64,000 nt of DNA from Trueperaceae bacterium (GTDB taxonomy: Bacteria > Deinococcota > Deinococci > Deinococcales > Trueperaceae). Of the stretch, positions 28,717 through 37,662 are shown piece after piece. Where the stretch lies: positions 3,264,001-3,328,000 of the forward strand of contig OZ243956.1 in assembly GCA_965214405.1 (NCBI GenBank), written 5' to 3'. The notes under the pieces were generated by a model. That model was not told the DNA's origin, searched no databases, and saw only the letters and a program-made list of their open reading frames with translations. A program made the position numbers and the translations under genes. Numbering within the stretch: position 1 is the stretch's first letter; each line of letters begins with the position of its first letter.

Positions 28717-29937
28717 ATGGACTGGTTAAGACGCAATTGGCCCGACCTTATTATTGGGGTTGCCCTTGTCGCGGTTATCGCGGGCATCGTTGTGACGCTC
28801 CTTAGTGGCGGTTCCTTTTTGTCGCTTGGCGGGCGGGGAGACGTGAACCGTCCCCTTACCTCGCCCTCCGTTTCGCAGACGGACGCTTTGCCGCCGGACG
28901 CCTCAAATTCAGGCGCACAAGCTGGTGTTCAAGACGGCGTTCAGTCCGGTGCGAGTAACGCGGATAACAATACAGGTAGCGCAGCAGACAGCGCAGCAGA
29001 TAACATCGTGGTCGTCCCTCCGGCGGCTGATAATGAGGATGCCGAGGCAACGAACACGATCGTTCCGGTTGTTCCCGAGGGCGCAACGCCGCCTGACGCG
29101 GCACCCTCGAGCGGCGCGCAGACGGGCCAGGACGAGAGCACCCAAGGTGAAGATATTCCTATCCGTGAAGACGGCACCGTGGCAAGTAACGCGGTGCCTG
29201 CGCTTCCGCCCGGGGCAGTCGCCAGCGGGGGCGCGGACGGTTTGGTTGACGAAGCGACGCAGGGCGGCATCTACCGCGTGTCGGTCGACGCCTACGCGAG
29301 TCAGGAAAATGCCGAACGCCGAGCCGCAGACCTCCGCGGCGACGGCTACCCCGTATTCATCGGGCGGCAAGGCGACCTTTACCTGGTGCTTGTGGGACCC
29401 TATGAGTCTACCGAAAGCGCGAACAGCGCGGCGCAGCGCCTCCGCGACAGCGGCCTCAGCGCGGACGCTTACGTCGTGGTGTATAGACCGGACGAGACGG
29501 GAGCGGCTGGCGGGTTGTCCTCATCTGGCGCAACAGAATCTGGTGCAACAGAATCTGGTGCAACAGAATCTGGTGCGACCGACACATCGGGCGCGGTTAC
29601 GACAGCCGGGTCACAGGATGCCGTAACTCTCAGTGCGGACCCTAACCCGCTCCAGAACAGTGATCTGGTCGCTGACGCCTCGAGCGCCGAAGAAAACCCG
29701 GGAGCGGCTTCTGTAAACGGAGCGAACAGCCGTTATCTTCAGGTGGGCGCGTTTGCCACGAGCTCGAGCGCGGCGCCTCGAGTGACTCGCCTCGAGAGTC
29801 TTGGTTACAGCGTCACGCAAAATAGCGACGACAACGTTGTCAAACTCTTTGTGGGTCCCTTTGCCCCCGCCGAGCTTCCCGCCGCGCAGGCGCGGCTCGA
29901 CGCGCAAGGCATAGAAAATTTCCCTATCTCTCAGTGA
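28717..29937 (+). CDS. SPOR-domain protein (two SPOR domains, acidic linker)
   Basis: N-terminal TM; YRVSVDAYASQENA...VLVGPY and YLQVGAF...LFVGPF. Confidence 0.88.
   Translation: MDWLRRNWPDLIIGVALVAVIAGIVVTLLSGGSFLSLGGRGDVNRPLTSPSVSQTDALPPDASNSGAQAGVQDGVQSGASNADNNTGSAADSAADNIVVVPPAADNEDAEATNTIVPVVPEGATPPDAAPSSGAQTGQDESTQGEDIPIREDGTVASNAVPALPPGAVASGGADGLVDEATQGGIYRVSVDAYASQENAERRAADLRGDGYPVFIGRQGDLYLVLVGPYESTESANSAAQRLRDSGLSADAYVVVYRPDETGAAGGLSSSGATESGATESGATESGATDTSGAVTTAGSQDAVTLSADPNPLQNSDLVADASSAEENPGAASVNGANSRYLQVGAFATSSSAAPRVTRLESLGYSVTQNSDDNVVKLFVGPFAPAELPAAQARLDAQGIENFPISQ
29524..29583 (+). repeat. In-frame 15-bp tandem repeat (SGATE x3 + SGATD)
   Basis: tctggYgcaacagaa repeated in the linker of the SPOR protein. 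Confidence 0.85.
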
Positions 29938-29998
29938 CCGCCAGTAACGCTCTCGCTTCTACGTTGACGGTCTCGTCTTTGCGCCCCGTTTTTGCGTG

Positions 29999-30640
29999 AT
30001 GTCGGCGATTCCTACCGCGACCGTCAGCCGCCTCGTCACCTACTTGCGCATCCTGTCGCAGCTCGACGCGCAAGGAGTGAAAAAAACCTCTTCCGAGCAT
30101 CTGGCGGACGAGGCGCAGGTTTCTGCCTTTCAAGTGCGTAAGGACCTGGCCTACTTTGGACGCTTCGGCACGCGCGGCGCGGGGTACACCGTCCCCGTAT
30201 TGCGAGACGAGTTGCGCCGGATTCTGGGGTTGACCCGGGCTTGGAACGTAGGCGTCGTGGGTATGGGCCGTCTGGGTCAGGCCATCGCCGACTATCCCAA
30301 CTTCGACGTCTACGACTTTGTTCTTACGGGATTTTTTGACGTCGACCCCGCCAAGGTGGGACAAAACATTGCCGGACTGGAGGTGTTTCATGTAGGCGAA
30401 CTGGGGCGCGTCGTTAAGGAAAAAGGCGTCGACATCGGTTTCGTCACCGTGCCGCCCGAGGCGGCGCAGGACGCCGCGGACGCGCTTGTAAACGCGGGTG
30501 TCAAGGGTATTCTTAACTTCGCGCCCGCCGTCATCACCGTGCCAAAAGAGGTTCGCGTTGAGCCTGTGGATTTTTTAGCTGGGTTAAAGCGACTTTCGTT
30601 TTATATTCAGAGTCCACAGCTCGAGGAGGAGTTGGCATGA
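29999..30640 (+). CDS. rex: Redox-sensing transcriptional repressor Rex
   Basis: IPTATVSRLVTYLR, QVRKDLAYFGRFGTRGAGY, VGMGRLG, GILNFAP. Confidence 0.97.
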   Translation: MSAIPTATVSRLVTYLRILSQLDAQGVKKTSSEHLADEAQVSAFQVRKDLAYFGRFGTRGAGYTVPVLRDELRRILGLTRAWNVGVVGMGRLGQAIADYPNFDVYDFVLTGFFDVDPAKVGQNIAGLEVFHVGELGRVVKEKGVDIGFVTVPPEAAQDAADALVNAGVKGILNFAPAVITVPKEVRVEPVDFLAGLKRLSFYIQSPQLEEELA

Positions 30641-31233
30641 AACGAACCCTTCAACCTCACCTTTTAATTCCCCGTTTAACACCCCGTCTAACCGCTTTCC
30701 TGATGACGACTTTTCTCACCGTGGTGCTCTCAGGCTGCGGCTTCAACCTTTTTAACGGCGAAAACATTATTTTCGGGGTGAACCCGGCACCGCTTGGCTA
30801 TCAGGGTGGAGCGGACGGCGTTACCATCGAGTCGAGAACCCTCACGATGTACAGCCGCTCGGGCGCGTTGGGCGCGAACGTAGAGGGCTACCGGGTCTAC
30901 TTTTTCGACAACAACGACGAGCCTGTGCCCGTGGGCGATTCCACCGTCTATAGTGAGGGTTCCCTCGGCATCTACGTGCCCGCAGGCATCCGCTGCGCCG
31001 CGCCGGACCCCGACCGGGGCTGCACGATTCACTCCGAGGGCGCTCGCTTTGAGGAGGGCTACCGCGTGTCGTCTCAGCCCGTTCAACTGTTGCCGGGCAA
31101 CGTCGCGTTACAGCACATTGCGGCGGGGATGCCCATCGGCTGGTACGCCGAAGTCGAACTCTACGGCTCTACGGATACGGGTGCAAACTTTATTAGCAAA
31201 CGTTATCAAGTGGCTGTCACAGTACCCAATTAA
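30637..31233 (+). CDS. Hypothetical lipoprotein
   Basis: VLSGC lipobox; ATGA overlap with rex. Confidence 0.75.
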   Translation: MKRTLQPHLLIPRLTPRLTAFLMTTFLTVVLSGCGFNLFNGENIIFGVNPAPLGYQGGADGVTIESRTLTMYSRSGALGANVEGYRVYFFDNNDEPVPVGDSTVYSEGSLGIYVPAGIRCAAPDPDRGCTIHSEGARFEEGYRVSSQPVQLLPGNVALQHIAAGMPIGWYAEVELYGSTDTGANFISKRYQVAVTVPN

Positions 31234-31368
31234 CAGTACCCAATCAAGCATTTCTGTAGCTGCGAACGCGGGCTCCACAAAGAAGTCCGCTTTTCTACCC
31301 TGTTTACAGGTATTTAACATTCCCGGTGAATCAGGACATCAGAACGTATACTGGCTTCGGAGTCTCTT

Positions 31369-32328
31369 ATGCCCGAATCCTTGTTTAACGCTATCCAGCC
31401 CGAACTCACCGCCTTTGAAAGCGCGCTCGCCGCCGAGCTAAAGTCTCGGGTGGCTTTTATCGAGGCCATCGGCGAGGACTTGGTGAGCGCGGGCGGCAAG
31501 CGGCTGCGGCCCGCGCTGGCTTTTTTGGCGGGACGGCTTCTTAGCGCCGACGCTGAGGTGGGGATGCGCGTGGCGCTCGCGGTCGAGCTTTTACATTCGG
31601 CTTCGCTCTTGCACGACGACTTGATAGACGATTCGGACACGCGGCGAGGTCATGAGGCGGCCTTTTTGCGCTACGGCAACGTGGTGAGCGTGATGTCGGG
31701 CGACTTCATGCTGGCGCGGGTGCTCAATTTGCTTGCCCAAGCCGACAGCGCCGCGTTTACGCTGCTCATGTCCGAGACCGCCGCGCGCATCTGCGAGGCC
31801 GAAGTCTTGCAGTTTCAAATGGCGACGCTCGAGACCTATTCGCTAGAAAACTACTTCTCCATCATCGAGGGCAAAACGTCCGTTTTGCTGGCGGCGGCGC
31901 TCGAGGGTCCCGCGATTCTGTCCCGTGCAAGTGACGCGCAGCGGCGCGCGTTACGCACCTTTGGTCTTCGCTACGGCAACGCGTTCCAAATGCGAGACGA
32001 CTATTTAGACCTTTTGGGGAGCGCCGCCGCGCTCGGTAAGCCCGTTGGCGGCGACCTGCGCGAGGGCAAGGCGACCTACCCGGTGCTGCTTTTGCTCCAA
32101 GCAGGCGTCGAGGAGGCGCGTACCATCTTGCGCCGCCACGCGCGTGGCGAGGGAGACGTGGCGCGGATGGTGGGGTTAGTGCGCGACTATGGTGCCGACA
32201 AAAGGACGCGTGAACGGATTGTAGAGGAGACGGAAGCGGCGAGCGCGGCCCTCTCGCTTCTGCCCGCCTCGCCCGAAAGGGCTGTGCTCGAGCGCTTGGC
32301 TGAGCTCGAGCTCGAGCGGGTCGCGTAA
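31369..32328 (+). CDS. Polyprenyl diphosphate synthase (HepT/IspB-like)
   Basis: GGKRLRP, LLHDDLIDDSDTRRG, GKT, FQMRDDYLD, GKPVGGDLREGK. Confidence 0.95.
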   Translation: MPESLFNAIQPELTAFESALAAELKSRVAFIEAIGEDLVSAGGKRLRPALAFLAGRLLSADAEVGMRVALAVELLHSASLLHDDLIDDSDTRRGHEAAFLRYGNVVSVMSGDFMLARVLNLLAQADSAAFTLLMSETAARICEAEVLQFQMATLETYSLENYFSIIEGKTSVLLAAALEGPAILSRASDAQRRALRTFGLRYGNAFQMRDDYLDLLGSAAALGKPVGGDLREGKATYPVLLLLQAGVEEARTILRRHARGEGDVARMVGLVRDYGADKRTRERIVEETEAASAALSLLPASPERAVLERLAELELERVA

Positions 32329-32402
32329 AAGGTCTTTGGCCCTTGCTGTTTGAGAGCGAAGGCCGAAGGGGAAACGCGCGACTTGCCCAATACTTTCAAC
32401 CT

Positions 32403-32431
32403 TTGACGTTCGGCGCGAAATGGCATAGGAT
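32403..32431 (+). promoter_or_regulatory. Sigma70-type promoter upstream of the upp leader
   Basis: TTGACG-17 nt-TAGGAT. Confidence 0.7.
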
Positions 32432-32439
32432 GAGCAGCG

Positions 32440-32523
32440 ATGAAAAAAGAAGATAAAACAAACGTGTACGCTTCCCGCCGCGCCTCGAGGCGGGTTTTTT
32501 ATGGCTGGAGCTTTCATGTCTGA
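32440..32523 (+). CDS. Putative 27-aa leader peptide overlapping a terminator and the upp start
   Basis: ATG 8 nt after the -10; [27 protein letters not shown]; stop lies just past the upp ATG. Confidence 0.45.
   Translation: MKKEDKTNVYASRRASRRVFYGWSFHV
32474..32500 (+). terminator. Intrinsic terminator-like hairpin in the upp leader (attenuator candidate)
   Basis: CCCGCC-9 nt-GGCGGG followed by TTTTTT, 15 nt before the upp ATG. Confidence 0.6.
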
Positions 32524-33166
32524 CGCTACTGACGCCACGCCCAACGTCACCGTTATCGACCACCCGCTTATCCAGCACAAACTCTCCCTCCTGCGCGACC
32601 GCGACACCAACGTCCGCGACTTTCGCGCGCTCTGCACGGAGGTGAGTATGCTGATGGCGTTCGAAGCGATGCGCGACCTCACCACCGAAGAGGTGACCAT
32701 CGAGACGCCCGTCGCGCCCGCCAAGGTCGCCAAACTGAGCGGCAAAAAGCTCGCGCTCGTGGCGATTTTGCGCGCGGGGCTGGTGATGGTGGACGGTATC
32801 TTGAATTTGGTGCCGAGCGCCCGTGTTGGGCACATCGGCCTCTACCGCGACCCCGAAACGTTAGCGCCCGTCGAATACTACAAAAAACTACCCTCGGACG
32901 TCGCCGAGCGCGACGTGTTTCTCTTAGACCCCATGCTCGCCACGGGCGGCAGCGCGGCGGCGGCGGTGGCGATTATTAAAAGGTTGGGGGCGAAAAATAT
33001 CAAGCTGCTCTGCATCCTCGGAGCGCCCGAGGGCATCGCCGCGGTACACGGCGCGCACCCCGAGGTCGAAATCATCCTGGCCGCCAAAGATGAACGCCTC
33101 AACGACCACGGCTATATCGTGCCTGGCTTGGGAGACGCCGGTGACCGGATCTACGGGACGCGGTAA
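32516..33166 (+). CDS. upp: Uracil phosphoribosyltransferase
   Basis: [44 protein letters not shown]. Confidence 0.98.
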   Translation: MSDATDATPNVTVIDHPLIQHKLSLLRDRDTNVRDFRALCTEVSMLMAFEAMRDLTTEEVTIETPVAPAKVAKLSGKKLALVAILRAGLVMVDGILNLVPSARVGHIGLYRDPETLAPVEYYKKLPSDVAERDVFLLDPMLATGGSAAAAVAIIKRLGAKNIKLLCILGAPEGIAAVHGAHPEVEIILAAKDERLNDHGYIVPGLGDAGDRIYGTR

Positions 33167-33424
33167 CGCGATCCTGTGACGTCTGCGCAGTTTCTCACTC
33201 ATGTTGTGCGGATGTCGGTGTGGGGAGCGGAGGCGGTGGGGTGCTGGGGAGAAAGTCAAAAGCTTGTGCTCTCCCTCTCTTTTGCGCCCTCTGGATATTT
33301 ATGCCCTCTGGGTACACACCTCTCTAAATTTCTCTGAGACTGACGCCCAAGGCGAGCGCCTCAGCCAACACTTTGTACTTCCCCCTTGTTGCTTGTCCGT
33401 GACCTAACGCTGTAGGATAGGCCC

Positions 33425-34510
33425 ATGCGTGAGAATCTGCTCAGCTACTTTCCCATCGCAGTGATCACCTTTGCGGTGGCATTCTTCGGCGTGGCCGCGT
33501 TTGTGCCGCGGGTGAGGGAGTTTGCCTTCAAGATTGGCGCGGTGCAGCAGGGCGGGGGGCGGCGCGTTCATAAGGGGGCGGTGCCTCACATCGGCGGCAT
33601 CGCCATTTTTGGGGGCTTTCTGCTCGCGTTTTTGGCGGGTAGCCTGGTGCGCCCCGACCTGCTCGACATGTACCGCGCCGAACTCTTAGCGGTGCTCCTG
33701 GGCGGCGCGCTCATGGCGTTGGTCGGATTTATCGACGACATGTGGGAGCTGTCAAGCGTCGTGCGTCTCGCCGCGCAGTTTTTGGCGGCGGGTATTCTCG
33801 TGGTCAACGGCGTTAAAATCGACTTTATCACCAACTATTTTGGCGACGGTACCTATCTCTTTTTCCCTCAGACGCTCGCCGTGGTCGCCACGCTTTTGTG
33901 GGTGGTCGGCTTTACCAACGCCTTTAATTTTATCGACGGCCTGGACGGGCTCTCCTCGGGTATGGCGGCCATCTCGAGCTTAAGCCTCCTAGCCGTGGCC
34001 GCGCAGTTTGACGACAAAGGCGCGGTAGTTTTGCTCTTGGCGGCCCTCGCGGGCTCGGCGCTGGGGTTTTTGCGGCACAACTTCAACCCTGCCACTATCA
34101 TTATGGGCGACTCCGGCGCGTACATGCTCGGCTACGTGCTCGCGGCGGTGAGCATCCTGGGCGCGCTCAAGGTGACCGCCGCGGTGACCGTGGTCGCGCC
34201 CATCTTAACGCTCGCGCTGCCCGTGCTGAACATCACGCAAGTCGTGCTCCGGCGCTTGAAACGCGGCGCGAGTCCGGCGGCGGCGGCCAACGACCATCTT
34301 CACGACATGATTCGCGTGCGGAGCGGCTCGCAGCGCCTCGCGGTGGTGGTGCTGTGGACGGCGACGCTCTGTTTGGGCGCGCTCGGGATGGTGCTCTCGA
34401 GCACTCCCCCCGTCTTAATCACCCTGACTTTAGTCGGGACGGTGCTGCTCGTGACCGCGGTGAGTTTTCTGCGCCTTTACGAGGTTGCCAGAGAGCGGCG
34501 TGTTCCATAA
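33425..34510 (+). CDS. Undecaprenyl-phosphate GlcNAc-1-phosphate transferase (WecA/TagO, GT4/MraY family)
   Basis: GFIDD, NAFNFIDGLDGL, HNFNPATIIMGDSG, DHLH. Confidence 0.92.
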   Translation: MRENLLSYFPIAVITFAVAFFGVAAFVPRVREFAFKIGAVQQGGGRRVHKGAVPHIGGIAIFGGFLLAFLAGSLVRPDLLDMYRAELLAVLLGGALMALVGFIDDMWELSSVVRLAAQFLAAGILVVNGVKIDFITNYFGDGTYLFFPQTLAVVATLLWVVGFTNAFNFIDGLDGLSSGMAAISSLSLLAVAAQFDDKGAVVLLLAALAGSALGFLRHNFNPATIIMGDSGAYMLGYVLAAVSILGALKVTAAVTVVAPILTLALPVLNITQVVLRRLKRGASPAAAANDHLHDMIRVRSGSQRLAVVVLWTATLCLGALGMVLSSTPPVLITLTLVGTVLLVTAVSFLRLYEVARERRVP

Positions 34511-34715
34511 AATCGTTTGTCTGACAACCGAATTCGGTTCAATTTTCACGTCAGGGACGGACAAGTCGAACAGCAAGCGGCTATAAACATTGCTCTTCAA
34601 ACATCGTTCATCCGCGGCAAACGGAAGAACTCGCCACTCTTCTTTCGCAACTCATCTATAGAACGAAGGAGCGTTCAAACTGTTTGGAGACGCGCCAGTT
34701 ATCTGTCTTAGCGGG

Positions 34716-34876
34716 CAGGCTTTTATCATGAGAATCCTGAAGGAAGCTATGGAACGCGCTTCTGCTTCCCTAAAGATGAACGTACCGGGTACCGAGTCTA
34801 GGATGTCTCACTCGGGACTTTCCACTCGGTACTCACGTCCCTAACGCTCCCAAAGAGACGGGATAATAAAAGCCTG
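34716..34876. mobile_element. MITE copy 2 (161 bp)
   Basis: TIRs CAGGCTTTTAT / ATAAAAGCCTG; flanks TCTTAGCGGG / TTTTAGCGGG (10-bp duplication, 1 mismatch). Confidence 0.85.
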
Positions 34877-34916
34877 TTTTAGCGGGCTGCTGAACCCCCA
34901 CCCAAAGGTCTAAATG

Positions 34917-35438
34917 TTAGCCCGCCGACTCTGCCGCGACAGGGTCATAAACCTGGATGTCGCGCCCCGCGCTCTTGCCCTGTGAAAAGGCGAGCCGGGC
35001 GCGGTGGAGGAGCGCCTCGAGCGTCTTGCCGTCGTATGGGTAGAGAGACACGCCGATGTTGACCCCGAAAACCGCCTGACTCCGGTTTCCGAAGGGTTGC
35101 TGTAAGCGGTTACGCACGCGCTCGGCGATCATCACAATCTGGTCGACTTGGGCCTTTTGCACCCAGGCGATGTAGCGCGTGTCTTCGATACGCAAAAGGA
35201 TGTCCTCGCGCCGCGTCTCCTCCTCGAGCCGCTCCCGAACGTCGCGGAGCGTCTTTTCACGCGCGTCACCCTCGAGCGCGCCGTCTACCCCGAGCGCGTC
35301 AAGCTCTAAGTAGAGGAGACCGCCGTGCCAGCCCTCGCGCTGCGCCAAACTGACGCTCGTCTCGAGCTTCTCCTCAAAAATGAGACGGTCGGTTACGTTG
35401 ATGTTCAAATCGTCGATGGTCGCATCCTCATAGGCCAT
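34917..35438 (-). CDS. Stand-alone degenerate GGDEF-domain protein
   Basis: LLYLELD, RREDILLRIEDTRY (RxxD kept, GGDEF lost), NIGVSLYPYDG...LLHRA..A....K..GR; likely start MAYED at 35438. Confidence 0.8.
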   Translation of the reverse strand: MAYEDATIDDLNINVTDRLIFEEKLETSVSLAQREGWHGGLLYLELDALGVDGALEGDAREKTLRDVRERLEEETRREDILLRIEDTRYIAWVQKAQVDQIVMIAERVRNRLQQPFGNRSQAVFGVNIGVSLYPYDGKTLEALLHRARLAFSQGKSAGRDIQVYDPVAAESAG

Positions 35439-35680
35439 AACTTTTCCCCCGATAACCCCAGGGTTGGGGTTAAAGATGATTATAGGCGTGTTGAGAGGGA
35501 GAAGAGGAGAAAATTCACACTGTTGGCCAAGGTGTTGTTTAGGTTCACGTAAGCAGTTCGGCCTGCCATCTTGTGCAGTACCGAGTAGATAAAGCAACGA
35601 GTGAAAAGTAACGTCAGCAGCCCCCTCTCCCCGCTTTTCTGCGCCTTTTTCCCGCCACTTTTTACTTTGACAAAGCTCGT

Positions 35681-36373
35681 TCAGACCTCGAGCACCAGCT
35701 TAGGCTTAAATTTAAGCGCGTCCGCCGCGACGAAATGCACCGCCGTACGCCCGAGTTTTTCAGTCACGCGGCGACCGTCCTCACCGTGGAGGTGGCCGAA
35801 CACGAGCGCGTCGGGCGCGGCCTCCAGTAACAGGTCGGTAAAACCCGAGGGCTCGAGCCTGCCGTTGGTGGGCGGGTAATGGAGCATGACGACGAGGCGG
35901 TCGCCGCCGAGCTTTTTTGCCGCCTTTAGGGACAGCTTGAGCCTTTCTAATTCGCGCCGGTAGATGCGTTCGTCCTCCTCACCAAAGTCGCTGCTGCCGG
36001 GGCTCAGCCAGCCGCGCGTGCCCGCAATCACCACAGGGCCAACCTTTAGCGCGTCGTTTTGCAGCGCGTACATCCCTGGAGGCAGCGCCTTGCGCAGTTT
36101 GCCGATGGGCGGCCACCAGTAGTCGTGATTGCCGCGCAAGAGCACCTTTTGTCCCGGCAGGGTGGCAATGCTTTGCAAATCCGGCAGCGCCCCCTCGAGC
36201 CGGATGGCCCAGGAGATGTCGCCGGGCACGAGCACGAGGTCTCCATCACGCACCACCTCGCGCCAGCCCTCGAAAAAGGCCTCGGGGTGTCCCTGCCAGT
36301 GGGGGCCGAAGATGTCCATCGGTTTGGGGTCGGCGCTCGAGAGGTGGGGGTCGGCGATGGCGAAAAGGCGCAT
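35681..36373 (-). CDS. Metallophosphoesterase
   Basis: IADPHL, PGDISW, RGNHDYWW, HYPP, FGHLH. Confidence 0.9.
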   Translation of the reverse strand: MRLFAIADPHLSSADPKPMDIFGPHWQGHPEAFFEGWREVVRDGDLVLVPGDISWAIRLEGALPDLQSIATLPGQKVLLRGNHDYWWPPIGKLRKALPPGMYALQNDALKVGPVVIAGTRGWLSPGSSDFGEEDERIYRRELERLKLSLKAAKKLGGDRLVVMLHYPPTNGRLEPSGFTDLLLEAAPDALVFGHLHGEDGRRVTEKLGRTAVHFVAADALKFKPKLVLEV

Positions 36374-36455
36374 GAATCCTAAGTGTAACAGGTCCGTCCC
36401 TTACGCTTAAAGCTCGTGTTTGGGTGGAAACGTGAGAGGACGCTACTGGCCTAAA

Positions 36456-36875
36456 CTACTCCAGCCTGAACCCGTCGGGTAGGAGGTCTTTTACGCTGTA
36501 ACGTTTAGCTTCGCCCGTGTGGTTGACCAGAAAGACGGTGGCACCCTCTGAGAACTCAAGTAGCACCTGTCGGCACGCGCCGCAGGGTGAGGCGGGCGCG
36601 TCCGCTTCCGTGTAGACGACCAGTTCGCTAAACGCACGCTCGCCCGCGCTCGCCATCGCCTGGACGGCGGACTGTTCGGCGCAACGCGAAAGCCCGTAGG
36701 AGGCGTTCTCAACGTTGGCACCCGCGAAGAGCGCGCCGCTCGCCGCGCGCAAAGCGGCGCCCACCTTGAAGCCGGAATAAGGTGCGTAGGCTCGAGCGTG
36801 AGCGCTCTGGGCGGCTTCTAATAAATCTTCTGGAGGTGTTACTGCGTCTCTTGCTGCGTCCGTTACTGGGTCCAC
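36456..36875 (-). CDS. cdd: Cytidine deaminase
   Basis: AYAPYSGFKVGAA, GANVENASYGL..CAE, PCGACRQ. Confidence 0.95.
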   Translation of the reverse strand: MDPVTDAARDAVTPPEDLLEAAQSAHARAYAPYSGFKVGAALRAASGALFAGANVENASYGLSRCAEQSAVQAMASAGERAFSELVVYTEADAPASPCGACRQVLLEFSEGATVFLVNHTGEAKRYSVKDLLPDGFRLE

Positions 36876-37285
36876 GCGACCAGCCAATCCCAGAGCGGCG
36901 GGCCGAGAACGAGCAAACCGACGCCCACCGCGCCGCACGAGGCGAGGAGCACCGCCCCCGCCGCCGCGTCTTTGGCGCGCTCCACCAGCGGGTGCGGCGC
37001 GGCGTGGAGGAGGTCTAAAGAAGCTTCGATGGCGGTGTTGATGAGCTCGAGGCCTAGCACGAGCGCGCATACAAGCACGAGGGGCACGATGTTGGCTTTT
37101 AGAAGGAGGCCGAGCGTGAGCGCGAGCGCACCGATAAGTGCCTCGATGCGAAAGTTTTGCTCGCGCCGCCAGGTATAAAAAACGCCCGCGGCGGCAAAGC
37201 GAAAGGCGCGGGTCAGCTTGACGAGGTCGTAGCGGCCTCGAGCAGCGTCACCATACGGTTCTGAACGTTTTCGAACGTTTCCCAC
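36863..37285 (-). CDS. dgkA: Diacylglycerol/undecaprenol kinase DgkA family
   Basis: FRFAAAG...EQNFRI, ELINTAIE, AKDAAAGAV. Confidence 0.9.
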   Translation of the reverse strand: MGNVRKRSEPYGDAARGRYDLVKLTRAFRFAAAGVFYTWRREQNFRIEALIGALALTLGLLLKANIVPLVLVCALVLGLELINTAIEASLDLLHAAPHPLVERAKDAAAGAVLLASCGAVGVGLLVLGPPLWDWLVAWTQ

Positions 37286-37662
37286 GCGGCCTCCGTTTCG
37301 TGGTCCAAGCCTAAAAGGTGCAAGAGCCCGTGCGCCGCGAGAATGGCCACTTCGGTTTCAGGCGTGTGCCCGTGCGCCGCTGCTTGCTTGGCGGCAGTCT
37401 CGAAGCCTATAAAAACATCACCCAAGTGCGGCACCTCGGGGATGCCAATATCGTCCGGCTCGTGCGTCGGGTAAGAGAGCACGTCGGTGGGCGCGTCCAC
37501 GCCGCGGTGGTCGCGGTTGAGCGCCTGAATGCTGGCGTCGTCAAGGAGCACCACCGTGACCTCGCGCTCCCCCACGCCCCGCTCCGCCATGAGCCTTTCC
37601 AAAGCGCGCGCCAAAGCGTCAACCGACGGGTACGCCTGCGTTTCGCCTAGTATCTCCACCAC
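37213..37662 (-). CDS. ybeY: rRNA maturation endoribonuclease YbeY
   Basis: LNRDHRG.D.PTDVLSY, LGDVFI, HGLLHLLGLDH. Confidence 0.96.
   Translation of the reverse strand: MVEILGETQAYPSVDALARALERLMAERGVGEREVTVVLLDDASIQALNRDHRGVDAPTDVLSYPTHEPDDIGIPEVPHLGDVFIGFETAAKQAAAHGHTPETEVAILAAHGLLHLLGLDHETEAAWETFENVQNRMVTLLEAATTSSS

Noticed and set aside
32330..32380. Hairpin after the polyprenyl synthase gene as a PyrR-binding loop
   Set aside because: It lies upstream of the predicted promoter and lacks the PyrR consensus (ARUCCNGNGAGGYU).
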